Shown here one piece after another: positions 13,375-28,540 of a DNA stretch of 64,000 nt. Position 1 is the first letter of the stretch. Every line of letters starts with the position of its first letter. The notes below the pieces were generated by a model. That model was given only the letters and a program-made list of their open reading frames with translations. It ran no database searches and was not told the origin of the DNA. The position numbers and the translations under genes are program-made. This stretch comes from Eledone cirrhosa (lineage: Eukaryota). The stretch spans positions 20,646,001-20,710,000 of the forward strand of contig OZ024746.1 in assembly GCA_964016885.1 (NCBI GenBank). The letters run 5' to 3'.

Positions 13375-14394
13375 AATAGTTTCGTTAGAAATGGATGAGG
13401 TAAACATTATTTTTGTAACTCTGCGTTTTGCAAAGACACATGGATCAATGATTAGGGCATTCGGCTCACGATCGGTAGTGCGTTGTCTCCTTGAGCAAGA
13501 GGTTTTATTTCAACTGGCAAAAAAGATATGTATCTATAATTCGAAGGGCCAATCTTATTACACACCGTGTTACGCTGAATCCCTTTGAGTACTAATGAAG
13601 GATTGAATCGATTACGCAAACTCCTCTCTCAATTTTTTAAAAGTTTCTGTTTGAAGTTTTGTAATTTCCAAATGATGCCTATTTCACAAAGTCCCTTCAC
13701 GATTGTATGATCCACGGGTTTTAGAAGTTGCATGAAACTTTTCCACTCAGTGCTACACCATTTCTGACAAGACACTGTGTGCTGTGACAGTTGCTGATTT
13801 TATTGATGTAATGGAATAATTTCTGTAGCTATAGGATGAAGAATTAAGACGTATTCGTGATGCTCCAACAACTCAGTGATTTATATGATATATATCCTTT
13901 CATTTATATAGTGGTTTACTAGTTAAGCACTGTAGCCACTCTAATGGAACTCATTTAGAAACACGAACATTATTCAATACTGTTAATGTGAATACTTGGT
14001 AACAGTGAGATTCGGTGCTAAGAATTCAAGCAATTTTAAATCCTTAAAAGATAAGCAGCATGCATCGCTGAATAGTTAGTTAAATATGGTTAAGATTCAG
14101 AAGTGTTAGAAGGGAAATGACACACTATTGGATTTTGTGGAATGGTATCAAGTTACAGGACCTTGATTTGAGATTTTGATGTTACTAAGTTATCACGGTT
14201 TCATATTAATGTTTTAATACATTTAATAATCAATATTTACACAACAAATATCGCCGTAAATGAGTTTAACAAGTATGCATAAAAACGTAATCTTGTTATA
14301 AACCTAAAAATAGAAAGCTTGGTGTTGAAACCTTATCGCAATTTCACATTGTTAGAGTATCAGTTTGACGATAGTGTAGATTAGACAATACATA

Positions 14395-14697
14395 TCTAAA
14401 AGTCTAAAGTCTGTCTCGAGCCCGGAGGCTCATCAGGCCGGTGCCCATTCCATTTCAGTGGCGTTACGCGACTGAGAATACAAAACTCCCTTCCCTGGAC
14501 AAGATGTCAGTCCATCGCAAGGTTAAATCCCCAGCTATTGGAGAAACGTGAAATATATAATTTTCAACTGAGTATACTAGAACAACGTGAAATGAAGTGC
14601 TCTGCTCAAAAACACAACACAACCCAGTCCAGCAATCGAACCCATGACATTATGATCGTAAGTCCAACACTCTTACCACTAGACCACGCACCTCCAC
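14395..14697 (-). mobile_element. tRNA-derived SINE, family D
   Basis: Minus-strand head gaggtgcgtggtctagtggtaag...gggttcgattgc and (AGACTTT)n tail; homologous to 45417 and 50955. Confidence 0.8.
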
Positions 14698-17600
14698 AAT
14701 ACACATGAAACGTTGATAATGTTCCCTCTTGGATATTTAATCTCCAATTATTTGACGAGAAAAATAAAATGTGCTATATTGTTAATTACCGCCACGTATA
14801 TATTGTCAATAAACAGAGAACAATAGTTAGTGTAGATCAATCATAATATTTTAGTTGCTTGGTTCATATGATCCCTCTAGGGGGTTTCAATCACCAAATT
14901 ATTCTATTCCAAGAATAAATATCTATTTTAGGGATTTGTGTATTGATTGTATATACATACATCACTTTGAAAACTTTCCTGATTGTTGAGTGATATAATC
15001 ACTATATTTAATTTTGTATGTACACGTTATCATATCTCATCAATGTTGTTAGACATAAATTTCCTTAGAGGAATAAGTAGTTATTGACAGTAGCTTATAC
15101 TTTCAAAGTAAAAAGAAAGATTCTCACCCACCCAATTATATCTATAATGAATTTCCATAAAGGACTACAAAAATGGCTGCCTACGAACAATTATTTTCAC
15201 ATAAAAATATATATACTATAATGATTAGGCGAAAAATGTTATATAGCATAACATGATAGATAAAGGGAAAGAGCTCCTTGATTTTGTTCCAGCCAAGCGT
15301 GATTGATATCAATTACGATAGGAAGATATATATTCCGCCGGGAATATTCGAATTCCTGTGAAATTATCAAAGGGAGGTTGAAAACCAGAATATTTCTTCA
15401 ATGGATACATTTTGCAATATAATTAATTTTTTAACTTCTCTTTTTATGAACATTATAGGCGGAAATCACTATCATTTAGTACTTCCGTTTTTCGAGTTGT
15501 GAATGTACTTAATATGGCCGTCTGTATTCTAAATATACTTAATGTGTTCATTAATATTGAAAAACAAAACAAAGCAAAAAAAAAACCAAAAACATCGTGG
15601 TTATTATTCAGACACTTTATCAAGAAGCTAAATGTTGGTTCTAATAATTATCTACTAATTTCGTAGAAATAGCGAATGTTTATTTGTCATTTATTGTTTT
15701 ATTTGATAGGGAACTGTTTCATTTTCTTTGCATTGCTTATCTTTATTGAACTGTCAAGAAAATGGCGTATTCTAAGAATTCAAGTAAACTTCGGAAATCT
15801 TTTCTTTCCCTAAACTTGAACATATAGCTTTATGGAAACATATTTGGAATAAAAAGTAAGTGAAATCTCTTGCTGCCTGAGACAGAACAACACATATGAC
15901 AGGTTCTCAAATTCATGATAAGCGACTAGGGAATTAGCACACTAGCCATTTCACAATCGCTACGCCTCTCTTCAACTTGCTTAAACGTAACAAATAGTAA
16001 AGATAAAAACCAAAGAATTTGATGTTACGTTAAACACTCCTCAGTAAAAAGGATGGTAGCATATTTCATTCCTGTTGATAATACCAGACGTGATACTTTC
16101 AAGAACCGTGTAAATATTCTGTGTAGCAGTCTATTTCTACGAAAAGAAATATTCCTCGAACTAACACTCTCGAATAGTCACATTACTCTATGAGCTATCA
16201 TTAAGAACCAGGCAATAATATTGTAACAGCACATAAATACTGTAACCATATAAAGAAGGTGCACTAAAATAGGTATTAATCTAGTTATTTCATTGTAATA
16301 TTTTCCTATTTCAAAGAAAATAATGTTTGCATTTAGATATGATCATATTTGTAACTAGGTTTCCAGCAAAGTTCTTTCTTTTGTACAACATTTTTCATTC
16401 CTGTTTTGATCAATATCTCAAGACCCAGGAAAATCATTTCAGTCAATCAAATATTATTCAATGATTAAAAAAAAGTTATGAATTCAGATTATATTTTCAA
16501 ACGTAGCTTGCTTCAAGGTAAATAATGTAATTTCTAAATGAAATGTGACGTTAGAAACAGAACTGGACGAAATTCTCAAACCTCTGTAGAAAAAAGCATC
16601 TCTTTAAATGAAAAGTAAATACAGCTGAAATATATTTGTTTATGAAACAGCACCATCATTTTCTGGTACATAATTAATAAATGTATGCATTGGTTCAAGA
16701 ATATTACAGTACTTTGTTAAATAAAAGAGTCGGCGGAAAAGTTTATAGGCCGACTATAAAGAAGTAATGTTATATCTGTCTAGCGATTCTTTCCCGTGAT
16801 CTCTCAATTCGGAGAAGTAGCGACTCTTTGATCTCCGAGCTACGCACGCTATCGGCCGCTTGTATTCTAACAGTAATGGAGAAAATAATATCTTGAAAAT
16901 CGTCAACATTTTACCATTCAAATATTTTTTATGTATGCGTTTAGTTTGCGTAGTAGCAAAGAAATAGGGGCTACGTATTTCGAACGGCCACAAAAAACGA
17001 CTATTCATATATAACATATATTAAATCACATGAATACCTATTGATTTCAATAACACAAAGAATGTTTGAATATAGAAAATCAAAGAAACTTATATTTTTT
17101 ATGACGTTATAAATAACAAACATTTAGTGGAATTCTTTTGAATAAAATATCTGCGAGTAAATTGATTTGGGCGGAAGTGAAAGATCTGAAAGTTTCTTGC
17201 AGTTGAAAGAAAATTCAATAGCTAATGATATATGTTTTTAAAATGGCATAAAGAAACATATAGTAAAATGTAATGCGCGTTTGAAATGTTATAAGAACGT
17301 GTATGTAAATAGGAACTTATATAAATGGAAATAAATAAGAACACAGATTATAAACCACACATATACACACATATTCCGTGTTTTTAGCATATATATAAGT
17401 AAAATTCACAGAAATATGATTTTTGAACAAATAAAAATACATATTGCAAACATGGCATATCTACGTCTATACTTCTATGAGCGCTTTTATATACATACAG
17501 AAAGATACAAACAGGTGGCTGTGTTTGTACGTGCCCGCGCGTACACAGGCACACATACATACACGCACAGGCACACATACATATATAAATACCCAAAACA

Positions 17601-17843
17601 TGAACTGTTTATACATTGGATATTCTAGTTCATGATCTTTCAAATACGTCATTAATCGCAAACATATCTACATGTGTCTGTGTGCGCATATGAGCATATA
17701 TTGGCGATTAATGACGTATATGAAAGATCATGAAGAAGAATACTCAATGTATAAACACACACACACACACACAAACATACACGCACACACAAACATACAC
17801 AAACACGCACACACAAACATACACGCGCGCAGACACACACACG

Positions 17844-17874
<31 letters not shown>

Positions 17875-17925
17875 CGAAAACAAAGCACATGATTAGTGGT
17901 CCCCCCCCCGGTTTCAGCACCGCAG

Positions 17926-17970
<45 letters not shown>

Positions 17971-18043
17971 ATTTTCACACACACACACACATATAAAATA
18001 TATAAATATATATATATACATATAAGAGAGTGTTGTAGTTTGC

Positions 18044-18137
<94 letters not shown>

Positions 18138-18208
18138 AAATCGAGGTCTAGCAAATAGAGAAAAAGTTTTAAAATAAATTTTAAAAATTCACTGTACTTA
18201 CTATATGT

Positions 18209-18290
18209 GCCTTTACCGCGGTTTCATGCTCCAGAATAAACGGAAAATCCAAGCGGATTTCCATTGAGAAGGGAGCAATCTTCAGAAGGC
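18209..18290 (-). ncRNA. Type-I hammerhead ribozyme
   Basis: GCCUU-CUGAAGA-[UGCUCC...GGAGCA]-GAAA-CCGCGG-UA-AAGGC: 5-bp stem I, complete core, palindromic stem III ACCGCGGU, GUA triplet. Confidence 0.85.
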
Positions 18291-19283
18291 TCTTCTCCCT
18301 CGGAGAATATAAAATTCCCGAGTTCAAATCACAAACTGACGCCATACAAAACCATTCCCAAATGAGAGCGGATGATGAAAGAAATAATTCTGTCTGGTGC
18401 CGTGTGCAAAGACAAAAGGCAGGGTGGACAGGTCAATGTCCTGCCACTAGAAATAGCAGCAGTCCAAACGGCCAAAATTTTATCTCTACCTTAGGGGGAG
18501 ATCAATAATAATAAAGTATGAATTCCTACATGTAAAAAATACATATAGGGAAACAAGTATTATCCAACCGTATGCCAAAGTTAAATTTTAAAATTTATTT
18601 TAAAACTTTTTCTCTATTTGCTAGACCTCGATTTTATATGTTCTGGCTTGTTAATTTATTAACCCGCCATGGAACCACATTGGCATACGGTTGGATAATA
18701 CTTGTTTCCCTATATGTATTTTTTACACGTAGGAATTCATACTTTATTATATATATATATGTGTGTGTGTGAGTGTGTATGTATTTGTGTTTGTGTGTGT
18801 GTGTGTTTGTGTGTGTGTATGTGTTTGTGTGTGTATACATATATATATGTACTTTCGTGTCTTTTGAGGCACTGTTCAACTGAATGTGAAAATGGTCACG
18901 ATAACTAGATAGATATTAATGTGACAACAAAACATAGGTGGCGATAGTGTACTTAAAGGGAGATAATCTATTTAAGCATTTCTACATTTTATAATATGGG
19001 ACGTTATTTTTTTTAACGTCGTAGATAGGGTCAAGGAGAGATAACCTGTAGAATAGTCTCAGTTAATAACAATTACGATATTCATAAATTTAACCTAAAT
19101 TGAATTAAATTAGATTAAATCGAACTCAATCGAATTGAATCAATATCATTGTCCATGGTTTGAACTTTTCATAGAAATTCTTTTCTTTTTAACGTTTATG
19201 TATTTATTTTGCAAAACTCTTGATGTGAAATCGCGTGTCGATATAATCGATATTGTTATATTTGGGGACAGTCGTGTTTCTAG

Positions 19284-19420
<137 letters not shown>

Positions 19421-19552
19421 CGAAGGTGCATACGCAGGCGCAAACGCATATGCAGACACGAAACATGAAATTCATACCCCACAGACACAAAAAAACAAGA
19501 TGGAGTAACAAATTAAGACCTGAAAGAAGACGCGGCAAGAAGAGAACGAATA

Positions 19553-19599
19553 GTCATTGAGGAGGTCACAGAATGTGTGTCGAAAGAACCTACTTTGGC
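19553..19599 (+). ncRNA. Degenerate hammerhead of the 57975 family
   Basis: gtca-TTGAGGA-ggtcacagaatgtgtgtc-GAAAG; first core C mutated to T. Confidence 0.5.
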
Positions 19600-20347
19600 A
19601 AGCTAACCAATGACTAATAGTAAAAGATAGGTGAAAATCATAAAGTGTATGTTTTTTATTGATAATACTGGCAACACGCCTATCCTCAAATAGAACAATA
19701 TATTTTTTTTACTGTTCATTTAACTTCCTTTCAGTCATACATTTTCTATAATAGGAATATTAAAAGAATAATGTTATTCCTATTTGATAAAATTCATGAC
19801 TGAAGTGAAGTTAAAAGAAAGGTAAAAGATGAGGATTTTATTGAAAAGTTCAAATCAGTTCTGAATGGACAATGATATTGATTTGATTTGATTTAGTTTG
19901 ATTTAGTCTAATTTAATTCAATTTAGGTTAAATTGATGTAGTCTGTAATTTTTATGTATGTATGTATGTATGTATGTATGTATGTATGTATGTATGTATG
20001 TATGTATGTATGTATGTATGTATGTATGTATGTATGTATGTATGTATGTATGTATATATGTATGTATGTATGTATGTATGAATTTATGTATGTATGTACG
20101 TATGTGCGCGTGTGTGTGTGTGTGTGTGTGTGTGTTTATGAATGTATGTGTATATATGATTTTTGTGGGGTATATATATTTTGTACACGTGAATAAAACA
20201 TTTATATGAATGTATATATATATAGTAATAATAATAAATTTGAAGACTAAAATCCAAAGAGGGCTCGATAAGGATAAATATATATCAAATATATAAGAAC
20301 CGTAGAGCAAATATTTATTAAAATAACAGATTAAAGTTTAAGCAAAG

Positions 20348-20410
20348 AATCGCTGCTTTCACCCTTAACGGGATCTTCTGAAGATCCCGTTAAGGGTGAA
20401 AGCAGCGATT
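20348..20410. repeat. Perfect 31-bp palindrome centred inside a hammerhead core
   Basis: aatcgctgctttcacccttaacgggatcttc-t-gaagatcccgttaagggtgaaagcagcgatt; contains CTGAAGA-tcccgttaagggt-GAAA. Confidence 0.85.
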
Positions 20411-20503
20411 AATAATTCCGTAAAACCATTTCTGTGGAGTGCTTCTAATCTATTGTAAAACTTTATTCTTTGATTTATTCATTGAACCTTGTTTAACCTT
20501 TAA

Positions 20504-20564
<61 letters not shown>

Positions 20565-20883
20565 TGTATATGTATATATATGTTAGTAGATATACTAATT
20601 CTTTATAATTATCTCCAAATTATTTTGTTGAGCAAAAATTTGCCAAAACTGCTACTATAGATCATAGTAATGGTTCGGCTGGTGTCTTCTTAACACACCA
20701 CTCCTCACTGATTAACCTCGATGTCACGTGATTGATTCTTTTGAATTTGCCACCGACCGAGTAGGCAGTGATTTTTTCAATGTCTTGGAACTTAGTCCAC
20801 GCTTTGCTTTTTTCCATCCACTGAATTATTTTTGTATAAGTTCCCTGTGTCCACGCATTGCCTGGGAACTTAGCTGAGAATAG

Positions 20884-20966
20884 ACTTCCCTGATGACGAA
20901 AGGATTTTTCCGTGCGTTTCTTCGGAAACCATGTTTATTCCCTTTCAGAAACTAATTAGTTGGAGT
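20884..20966 (+). ncRNA. Type-I hammerhead ribozyme with a long stem II
   Basis: ACUUCC-CUGAUGA-c[GAAAGG...CCUUUC]a-GAAA-CUAAUUAG-UU-GGAGU; palindromic stem III. Confidence 0.75.
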
Positions 20967-21073
20967 GAAATTTTAGTAAGTTAATTTTTATAATTTTCTT
21001 ATTTTACGTCTTTCATCTAACTTATTCATGTTCATCTCACAATATATCCTTACTTACATTACTTTTGTTTTTT

Positions 21074-21250
21074 TAATAATACATATCAACATTTTCTTTC
21101 CATCGCACATATTATTAAACCCTTAAATATTATTCTTAATACATATTAATATTTTCTTTCCATCGCACATATTATTAAACCCTTAAATATTATTCTTAAT
21201 ACATATTAACAATTTCTTTTCATCGCACATATTATTAAACCCTTCAATAT
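21074..21250. repeat. 60-bp tandem repeat, about 3 copies
   Basis: Unit taatacatattaacattttctttccatcgcacatattattaaacccttaaatattattct. Confidence 0.9.
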
Positions 21251-21601
21251 ACAAACCTTAACTTTACATTATTTTTCTCTTCGTTAATTTTCAAATTCTT
21301 TTAATTTATACATGATCTTCCAACGGTTTTTCAACCTCTCGATGTAAAACAATATATTTTTCTCAGTTATAAAAGCTATCTCTCTCTCTCTATCACCCAT
21401 CTCTCCTCCTATCTCATCCTTCCTCATTATACTCCTCCCCCTCCACTTTTTACTCACATCTCCTCCTCTTTTTCGTCCTTTCCACCCCCCTCAAAATTTT
21501 TTTCCCCCCAATATCACACATCAATCTAAAAGTACTTTTCATATGTTGATTTAAAAGTGCACTATCCACAAGTGTTTTTAACCTTCATATCATGTCTTCC
21601 C

Positions 21602-21670
21602 ATTTTATCTGATGAAAACACAAATGTTATTGCATGATGATATTTGTTTTTGAAATGCGCATAATAAAAT
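21602..21670 (+). ncRNA. Type-I hammerhead ribozyme
   Basis: AUUUUAU-CUGAUGA-[aaacacaaauguuau/augauauuuguuuuu]-GAAA-UGCGCA-UA-AUAAAAU; perfect 7-bp stem I and palindromic stem III. Confidence 0.85.
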
Positions 21671-21701
21671 ACATGGAACTCATTTAACCATCTTTTGATC
21701 T

Positions 21702-21751
<50 letters not shown>

Positions 21752-21815
21752 CGTAAGATAAGAAAATTATAAAATTATAAAAAAATTATAAAATTGACTT
21801 ACTTACTAAAATATC

Positions 21816-21897
21816 ACTTCCAACTAATTAGTTTCTGGAATGGAGTAAATATATTTTCCGAAGAATATATAGAAAAGCATTCCGTCGTCAGGAAAGT
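21816..21897 (-). ncRNA. Type-I hammerhead ribozyme (inverted paralogue of 20884)
   Basis: ACUUUC-CUGACGA-c[GGAAUG...CAUUCC]a-GAAA-CUAAUUAG-UU-GGAAGU. Confidence 0.8.
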
Positions 21898-22364
21898 CTC
21901 TTTTCATGTAAGTTTCCAGGCATAGCGAGGATTCTGGAAACTTATTAAAAAAATAATTCAGTGGAAAGGAAATAGCGAAGCGTGGACTGAAATCCTAGCC
22001 ATTGAGAAAATCACTGCCTCTACGTCTGTGGCAAATTCAAAAAGAATCAATCACGTGACATCGAGGTCAATCAGTGGAAAGCGAGTTGTTAATAAGACAG
22101 CGGCCTGCCTACTACTATAGCAGCAGTCATGGCCAATATTGCTCGACAAATGAATTGGAGATAATTATAAAGAATTTATATCTAGTAACATTTATATACA
22201 TACAGATGCATATCAATGCTAGCAAATATATAGGTTTTGTCTTAGTAACATTGTGGTTGCTATTTCCTTTCCACTGAATTATTTTTTTAATAAGTTTCCA
22301 GAGTCCTCGCTATGCCTGGAAACTTACATGAAAAGAGACTTTCCTGACGACGGAATGCTTTTCT

Positions 22365-23415
<1,051 letters not shown>

Positions 23416-23808
23416 GCCCCCCCCCACACACACGCACACACAAACACATACAGACATATATATAGTACATTTTAGTACATCTAGGTGAAGAAAATATTTT
23501 TTCAGTGTGTTTGAAATATTTTGGATTTCCTTTGGTTTCTATCTTTGATGCTGTTGTAATAGTTTATTGATAAAGAATACGCGTTTGACTTTACTTTCAA
23601 AGGTGTGGTAATGGTAATAATGTTAGCCGAATTATTATATTGGCTTTTATGTGGTGCTTACCGATAAATATACCGCATAATATATGTATTTGTATATCAA
23701 AGGAGTAATTAAGGAAAGGCATATTGATCAGTGTTTGTACTATGCCGAGATATTTCATCGTGGTGCTTCGCTCTCACTCTATTCTTTCTCTCTTCTTATA
23801 TATATGCA

Positions 23809-23899
<91 letters not shown>

Positions 23900-24088
23900 T
23901 TATATTTATATATATATATATATATTTATATATGCATGTGTGTGTATGTGTGTGTGTGTATAACATTGATAAGCATAAGCAATCACAACATATTGTATAT
24001 ATATATATATATATGTGTATGTGTGTGTGTGTGAGTACAAGATTGATAAACATAAACACATACATATCATATATATATATATATATCA

Positions 24089-24119
<31 letters not shown>

Positions 24120-24137
24120 ATATATACATATACATAT

Positions 24138-24204
<67 letters not shown>

Positions 24205-25157
24205 CATATAATGAGATTTGGTATTAGCCTACTCTTAAAGTGAGGCATAGATTATTGATTTGACAGTCTTGTTATTAGAGATAGTCTCCGTGGAATGAAG
24301 TTGATGTCATGTTGTTAAAATTATATCTACACAATAGTGACGCATTTAATTAATCTCTCTTTTCATCGATTGGTTTATTTTGATTAAAGATTTTCTCATT
24401 AATTGATAAGGACATCATAATGTAAATCAGGGGACAGATTTAGAAAAAAATTCCTAGAAGAAAATGAAAATACTTTAATGAAAGATACTATTGATTATTT
24501 TTAACACTTAATTAATGCCCCACAATTATAGGTGAGATATATGAGACTGTTCGTCTTTCATGACTTTACCGATGGTATTATTAGCGGAAATATAGTAAAA
24601 TATTCACTCTAAATTCAAACAATGCTACAGATAAGACGAGGCTTTCCAAAATTAGAAAAAAATACAAACTGTTGCTATATTAAGTACTAAAAACCGGTAA
24701 TTTTCAGAAAGCCGGTACAATGTTGTAGAACAATATGATGACTAAATGATGATATAGTAGTTTCTTTGATACAAAGTATAATTAGATTCACAAAAGATAA
24801 TAATCTAGGTCGACGTTTATCACTCATACAAACATCGACATAAATTAAATTCTAATGAATGTTCATAAAAACTGTAGACTTAAAAATGCGGCTGTCACTT
24901 TACACATCCTGCATTCCAAACAATATAATTACATTAAAGTTAAATATATTTTAATAGATATAAGATTACGTTGTGAAATGTATATATATAATATTGTAAC
25001 AACAATGGAATGTGACAGGAAGCCGATCACCGGCAGATTTTCCTCAAGAAAAATTGAACTAACCACAGCATGCCAGTAAAAAGCTTTCAAATTCACCAGG
25101 TTGTAGCTGTTTACTACAGTGTTATCACCTCATATACATGTAGTAATGCATATTTAA

Positions 25158-25400
25158 AGGCGACGCATTGGCAGAGTCGTTAGGACGTCAGATATTTCCG
25201 GCTCTCTGCTCGCCGAGTTCAAACCCCGCTGAGGTCAACTTTGCCATTCACCTTCCGAGGTCGAAAGTCCAGTACTGGGGTCTATTTTTTCTCTATATCT
25301 TTTTCTCATTTCTCTCTCACTTTCTATATCCTTCCCTGGAAGAAATCTGTTGTGTTCAGACTTGGCGCTTCTACGACTCCATCATGAGTTATAGGACCTA
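25158..25400 (+). mobile_element. Family-A SINE, long-tail subfamily
   Basis: A box TGGCAGAGTCG, B box GAGTTCAAACCC. Confidence 0.8.
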
Positions 25401-26210
25401 AACGTAACTAATGCTTATTTACATAGAAACACAAGCACATTCTTATATATCTTCAAGCCTACTGAAATACATTTGGAAATGTTTTTGAGCATATTGAGTA
25501 TTTCTAAGACGTTAGCGTGCAAGAGATTAATATTAATATTAATATCAGAACTAAAAATATTTACGAATTTTTGTGTTACTTTTATTGCGGGAATTAATAA
25601 TAACCACATTTTCTGAACTCGATTGATTTATCGTGGTTTTAGTGTTATCTTCTAATTCAACGTGGAGTTTAAATTACTAAAAAAAATATTATGACAGCAT
25701 CATGAATGTTGCATGATGTTAACCGGTAAAATAACATAGAAGGAAGTTGATCTCAAGAGTTTCTCTTTCAAATATTTCGTAGGCATGATTGATGGATATT
25801 CTCGGGTCTTCAGACGGCTTTCAAATACGTGACAATTAAGTGTGTATCGTTTAGAGAAATGATAATTTGTCAAATTGTTTTTCCTTTCATTGCAAGTAAT
25901 TCCTGCAAACTGTAGCAGTTCATGCGTAATCTTACTTGACAATCAGTAATATAATACGCTATCCTTGCATTTTTTTCCGTAAAAGAATTTTCCTTCGTAT
26001 TTATTGCATAAATCAGCTAGTTAGGGTATTAGGCTGGGAGGCTTAAAAAAATAATTCAGCAAACGTTTTCTAGCATCTTCATAAGTGGATGTGTATGTAA
26101 CTCTATGTATGAGTTATATTCATATATATATTTTAAAGTGTGTATGTATGTATGTATGTATGTATGTATGTATGTATGTATGTATGTATGTATGTATGTA
26201 TGTATGTATG

Positions 26211-27609
26211 TTCTTCTGGTTTTATAATTTCACAGAGTTTTACCAATAGAGAGAGAGTCGGTTTCTAACATAGACACAAGACTCTCTCATTGGAATTTAC
26301 ACAACATCAACTAGGTAGATATGTATGTATGTCTGTATGCATGCATGTGTAGATATGGATGTTATTGTATGTGTGGATGTGTATGTTTTGAGTTGTATGT
26401 GTGCATGTGTATATGCTTTGTATCTGTACATGTGTATATGCAGTTATTAGATGCAAAACTTTTGGAATGTTTTACATATTTTTACTGTTCAATTAATGGA
26501 TTGTACTTGTAATTTCCTAACTAGTTGTGTTCTTTCTGTTCCTGTGAAGCCTAGCTTCTCAAGATTTGTATTGAGGCAGTTACTAATATATCCCAGTGCC
26601 CCAATAATCACAGGCATAAATCTGAAGGTGTAATCAGGATGGAGTATCTGCAGATTTCTCATCAGTTCTGCATAAATATTCTCCTTTTCGCTAATCTTTG
26701 ATATTATATTGGCATCTGCTGGGCAGCTAATTTCCACTACTGTGCATGTTTTCTTCTCCCTGTCCCATATCATAATATCTGGTCTGTTATGCCTGCATTT
26801 TATTGGGGTTTTTACTGGAACATTCCACCAGTACTCTTTCATATTATGTACATGGATGTCTTCCACATTGTTGTAGCTTTTAATGTGTTTATTATCGGGG
26901 CTATCTTTTTTACGAACTGCATTGTACAGTGTTTTGGCCACTACATCATGCCTCATAGGTAGATAGTACCGCGATGACATCTTTGGGCAGCTGCTGATGA
27001 CATGTGTGATATCCTCGATGTTAGTTCTGCAGAGTTTGCACTTGTTATCACATCTAGGTGTTTTGCCTGCATCCCTATCTCTTTTGTGAATCAGGTATTT
27101 CGTGCTAATCTCCTGTTCTTGGATTGCAAAAGCGTATCCTTCAAAGTGGGAGCCAATATAGCGGTTGTTGGTCCAAGATAGACTACTTTCCTTATCTATA
27201 TTTCTCACACCCTGGAGCTTCCTGGCAACATATCCATGTATGATTTTTTGCTGATAGGCATGCAGTTTTTCATCCATGGATTCACTGCGATACTGCTGAG
27301 CGACATCCCTGGGTGTGAGTTTTTGATTATCACACAGGGAATATCTCTCAAGGAGTTCCTTCCCAACTCTCATGATCTTATCTGTTTCATGCAGATAAAC
27401 TTGCTCGAGAAGCGGGCTCCTACGCTTTGAGGTTCATAGATGTTGTCGGAGAGATATGATGCGACATTCAAATGTTGTCTGGACTGATGTTAGGCCTCTG
27501 CCTCCCTGCTTACGTTTCAAGTAAAGGCGGTCTATGTCACTGTTGATGTGGAAGTTTCCGGTGTTGTTCAGTATTTTTCGAGTTCCAACATCAACTGCTC
27601 GGATTTCGA
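26211..27609 (-). mobile_element. 5'-truncated RLE-type non-LTR retrotransposon (R4/Dong-like); coding 27609-26447 with two in-frame stops
   Basis: DRLYLKRKQGGRGL, CCHC knuckle CKLC...ITHVISSC, RHD, and restriction-like endonuclease NRPDI...VVEISCP; 3' UTR followed by (CATA)n; (TATG)n also at the 5' junction. Confidence 0.92.
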
Positions 27610-27728
27610 TGTATGTATGTATGTATGAATGTATGAGTGTGTGTATGTGTGTGTGATGAGTGTGTGTATGTATGTATGTATGTATGTATGTATGTATGTA
27701 TGTATGTATGTATGTATGTATGTATGTA

Positions 27729-27787
<59 letters not shown>

Positions 27788-28212
27788 TATGAGAGGAAAT
27801 ATAAATATAAATATAAAACTCTGTATTTGATGCGAAGAGAAGAAATTTCCGAGGTCCGCTGAAGAGGTTGAGCTGAAAATGGCTTGTAGTGTCCAGCAGA
27901 AGAATATACGGAGGATTGGAGGCTGGTGTGGATATGTGTGCCACTAAAGGAGAAAGACTATGGTGTGTCGATATATTTATTAGGTTTGGCTGACAGAATT
28001 CAGGTCAGTGTGAGGTGCATGTATTCTGTTTTTAGTTTTTGTACGTTTGTGTCTGTGTGCACATGTGTGTTGGAGTGGTGTATATATTTGCTCGGGGATG
28101 GTGTGGTGTGTGTGAAAGTGTACCTGTTAGTATATATATATATGTTGTGACTACACGTGTATGTGTAGTTTGATCTATGTGTGCTTTTGTGTGTTTGCAG
28201 CACATTGCTGGA

Positions 28213-28540
28213 GAATATGTGTGTTAGTAACCCCACTCCCGCCTGTGCAGTCATTTCTGGCACCACACCTGAATAGTGGAGTTTCCATCTTCCATTCAAA
28301 TCTACAGAACTAGAGCCACAGAAATCTGTTGAGAAAACGCCAACTATGTCTAGCTGGTAGCATCTAGCTTCCTCCTCTAATTCTTGCTCCTTACCTGTAA
28401 AGCTTGTAACGTTCCAGTTGCCAATTGTCAAGGTTTATTCCCTACCGGATCCTTTTTGGAGTCTCCGGATACATATCCTTTCTGGATCCATCCCACGCCT
28501 CCCAGGACAGGCCGTAGGCCAATCGCAAGTTCACGACACT
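28213..28540 (-). mobile_element. RTE-clade LINE 5' fragment (APE endonuclease N-terminus)
   Basis: IGNWNVTSFTGKEQEL...YQLDIVG...GRWKLHYSGV...AGVGLL is a typical RTE/Expander-type APE start. Confidence 0.85.

Noticed and set aside
26489-27456. Two in-frame TGA codons in the RLE-LINE as possible selenocysteine or read-through
   Set aside because: The second copy has GGA at the 26489 position, and the other is most simply a CGA>TGA change; ordinary decay
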